Origin: Andalucia godoyi And28
Taxonomy: Eukaryota; Protista; Jakobida
Assembly (NCBI GenBank): GCA_009859145.1
Contig: VRVR01000038.1
Coordinates: 186,001 to 250,000 of the forward strand
Direction: 5' to 3'
DNA length: 64,000 nucleotides
The notes beneath the pieces were generated by a model. That model did no database searches and was not told the origin of the DNA. It worked only from the letters and a program-made list of their open reading frames with translations. Below are positions 61,408 to 64,000 of the stretch, one piece after another. The translations under genes were made by a program, and so were the position numbers. Positions within the stretch are counted from its first letter, which is position 1, and every line of letters starts with the position of its first letter.

Positions 61408-63999
61408 TCAGTAAGATTGAGAGAAGATTTTGCGCGCCAGCTGCAGCTCCGCGAAGAATTTGGATTTTTTCGATTCTTCGAGGTGGGGGACTTCCGCAGG
61501 AGAAACAAGAACAGCAGTAGTCACCGCAGTAGCGGCGGCGGCGTCAATGTCAAGGGAGTGCGACTGCGAGTGCGAATGCGAGTCCACGAGATACTCTTCC
61601 ACAGAGTCCTTGACGATGAACCGATACACAAAGGTCCGGTTCACCTGTCCGATCCGATGAACCCTCGCCACAGCTTGTGCCTCGACCGCGGAGTGTAGAG
61701 ACGGCTCGACCAGGATCACGTGTGACGCAACGGTTAAATTCAAGCCATTAGCTCCTCGATCGAACGACATGAGAAGTACGTTGCTGTTCGGGTCCGTCTT
61801 GAACTTGCAAAGCGTCTGCGCCATTTTCTTTGCCGTCCCGTTTAGCTTCAGGTAACCGATATGATTGAGCGCCAGTGATGCCCCAATAACGTCCAGCACT
61901 TCCGCCCACTGAGAAAACACTAGGATCTTCGGTGCCTGTGGCGCATCAACGGGATGCGATGGCCGACTGTCTGACAGGAGGCTTCCGACGAAGGATGTGA
62001 TTGTCGTGATTTTCGTTCCGTAGTCTCCGTTCCACGTCGAAGATATTGTCTGCATTGCGAGGTCGGGACGAACCACTGAATGAGAGGTCACTTCCTTGCT
62101 GCTTTCCTCCGCGTTCAACACCTTGATTTCTCCCGAGTCGCAATTTGAGCGACACGTAGGACAAGAAACAGACCGAGACCGCTGCTGAGACATATGGGAC
62201 TGCAGGCACGGTTTGCAGAAGGAGTGTCCGCACGGGAGAATAGAGATCACCCGGGCAATCAAGTCCAAGCAGATTGGGCAATTGCCGAGTTCAGATCGAT
62301 AGTTTCGAGCGACATGCTTGAGATACAATACTTTTGCTTTCTTCTGGTGTGCTTCGGTGATCGCTGATTCTCGCATACTGGAATACACCGACAGTTTGGC
62401 GTACACTTCCTCCCTCCTTACAAAGCGGTGCTTCTCAGCTTCCTTCGGACCGTCGGATTTGTCCTTCTTCTTTGCAGTCTTCCCAGAAAATTTGTCCTCC
62501 CAGAGATCCAGTCTCATAGTGCAGCAACGCAGCTCATTAAGAAGCGACAGAGACTCGTAGGAAACGTTCCAATACGCAAGCATGCGATCGCTCTCCTGCA
62601 CAAGGGTGTCAAACAACGGAAACACATCTCCACGAAGGAAGTTTAAAAGACGAGAAAGGAGGGGTCTTTCTCCATACAATTCCCACACGTTGTTCAAATG
62701 GAAGCGAAGATTCAATGACTGCACTTCTTCAGATTCAGCGCTCTTCTTCGCTCTTGACGACTTCACAGTGGTTTCCGTACTCAGGCTCTTCCGATACGCC
62801 ATCAGCAGTTTATCGCACTCGCAATGCACGCATAGCGGTCCGCTAACGTGATTTCCTTGGCACCTGCTGCAGTTTCCAAGAAGCAGAACGTCTGCGTCTC
62901 CAGGAGACTGCGGCAAGGCATTTAGCTTGTTTGCGATGCTCAATCGTAGATCCAGCAGTCTTGCAAAGTTCGTTTGCACGTAGAAGAGGAACCCTCGTAA
63001 GTCCCGAAAGGGCGCCCGCATGTCTGTGGCAACGAGAGAGAACCCAGCATCGGCTGGCGTATCGGACAGCGAGCGGACAATATCGGTGCCGACAAGAAGC
63101 AGGGAAGCAACCTTCTCCGAAATTTCCTCGAATGCTCGAGTATCGTGGCGATAGGATGCAAAAGAACTGGTGATTTCCGCCATACAGGAGTTTCGATACG
63201 AAGACACCAGACATTCGTACTCGTGCTGCACACTGTTCTCTGTCAACAGCGGATGCAAATGGCTGCCCTGGTGCATCATCAGGCACTGCTGCAGATTGAA
63301 CAACGCGTGTGCTCGCTGAAATAAATCAACCTCAAAGATACCATCGAAGACCTTGATCAGCTCTCGGACATGTGCGTATCCATCAATGGCTGCAAGAAGA
63401 AGCCCGTTACCACCACCATCGTCCCCTCCAACACCCTCGGGATCGGCACCCGTTCGGATGCCATGCTGATGCTGGAGAATCCTCAAGGCAGCAGTACCAT
63501 TGATTGCCAATACTGCTTCTCGGAGTGCTTCTTCGCCCTCCGAGATTTCTTGCGCCGTCATCACTTTCAGAAGCTCTTCCATGGTCAAAAAATTGTTTTT
63601 GATTCCTTGGGAAATTGGTACGGATACAGACTTGAAGTTTGTTGGCTTCCGAGACTGGGATAGTACTTCCGACGAAGGCCGAATACCATGCGTTCCCACC
63701 TGCGGATGGCAGCAAGCCTGTCTGAGACGGAGCAGAGGATCTAGAAGCTTGGATTTTCGACTTGACGGAATCTTGTCAATTGATGACGCACTCATGAATC
63801 CGCTGGTAGATATTGCATCATGGCCGAAGAATCGACGAAAGGACTCGATGAACTCGTCTTTGCATTTGTCAAGTTGTCGAGCATAAAAGTGCCTTTCAAT
63901 GTCGGAGAGTGTCAAGCGTCGCGTCTGAAGAGATTGCGCAGGAATTCCAAGATCATCGTTGAGCAAGTGCTTCACAGATCTGCGCATGAAAGTCGGCAC
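61408..63999 (-). CDS. SHPRH: SHPRH/Rad5-like SNF2 helicase-RING E3 ligase, 3' part (5' end lies beyond the window)
   Basis: LLRLRQACCHPQV; C3HC4 RING CPIC...CGHSFC..C...CPTCR; KILVFSQW; GANGLNL; AQAVARVHRIGQ. Confidence 0.85.
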   Translation of the reverse strand: MPTFMRRSVKHLLNDDLGIPAQSLQTRRLTLSDIERHFYARQLDKCKDEFIESFRRFFGHDAISTSGFMSASSIDKIPSSRKSKLLDPLLRLRQACCHPQVGTHGIRPSSEVLSQSRKPTNFKSVSVPISQGIKNNFLTMEELLKVMTAQEISEGEEALREAVLAINGTAALRILQHQHGIRTGADPEGVGGDDGGGNGLLLAAIDGYAHVRELIKVFDGIFEVDLFQRAHALFNLQQCLMMHQGSHLHPLLTENSVQHEYECLVSSYRNSCMAEITSSFASYRHDTRAFEEISEKVASLLLVGTDIVRSLSDTPADAGFSLVATDMRAPFRDLRGFLFYVQTNFARLLDLRLSIANKLNALPQSPGDADVLLLGNCSRCQGNHVSGPLCVHCECDKLLMAYRKSLSTETTVKSSRAKKSAESEEVQSLNLRFHLNNVWELYGERPLLSRLLNFLRGDVFPLFDTLVQESDRMLAYWNVSYESLSLLNELRCCTMRLDLWEDKFSGKTAKKKDKSDGPKEAEKHRFVRREEVYAKLSVYSSMRESAITEAHQKKAKVLYLKHVARNYRSELGNCPICLDLIARVISILPCGHSFCKPCLQSHMSQQRSRSVSCPTCRSNCDSGEIKVLNAEESSKEVTSHSVVRPDLAMQTISSTWNGDYGTKITTITSFVGSLLSDSRPSHPVDAPQAPKILVFSQWAEVLDVIGASLALNHIGYLKLNGTAKKMAQTLCKFKTDPNSNVLLMSFDRGANGLNLTVASHVILVEPSLHSAVEAQAVARVHRIGQVNRTFVYRFIVKDSVEEYLVDSHSHSQSHSLDIDAAAATAVTTAVLVSPAEVPHLEESKKSKFFAELQLARKIFSQSY

Positions 64000-64000
64000 C

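Noticed and set aside
1-64000. Numerous 60-390-aa ORFs overlapping the called genes in other frames or antisense
   Set aside because: Shadow ORFs expected from GC-rich, low-complexity coding sequence; none has recognisable motifs.

Overview
Gene-dense, intron-poor genome of a unicellular eukaryote, probably a flagellate. A Discoba/jakobid-like origin is only my impression from genome style. About 28 protein genes are present, mostly single-exon. Five short introns can be placed; four start GTATG. Recognisable genes: ENA-type P-ATPase, prolyl oligopeptidase, POLA2, acetoacetyl-CoA synthetase, two CNBD channels, a MAPK, PTS, GCH1, HFM1/MER3, TAF12, KIF-binding protein, an NCoR-like SANT protein, SMU1, SURF6, ATP23, an Arf, an MFS transporter, an F-box protein and a truncated SHPRH-like helicase. 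The most notable observations are: (1) a frameshifted Fanzor2/TnpB N-terminal relic at about 48.2-48.5 kb; (2) a 169-bp non-coding element present in two identical copies 27,370 bp apart, with shared flanking motifs; (3) an ORF-free, hairpin- and GNRA-rich stretch at about 18.95-19.52 kb; (4) unusual proteins, namely a CLASP-TOG/TACC fusion, a PIN-transporter/GPCR hybrid, two CNBD channels with a shortened filter, and a cyclase lacking its catalytic Asn/Arg. All family calls come from motif recognition by eye; no database searches or folding programs were run.
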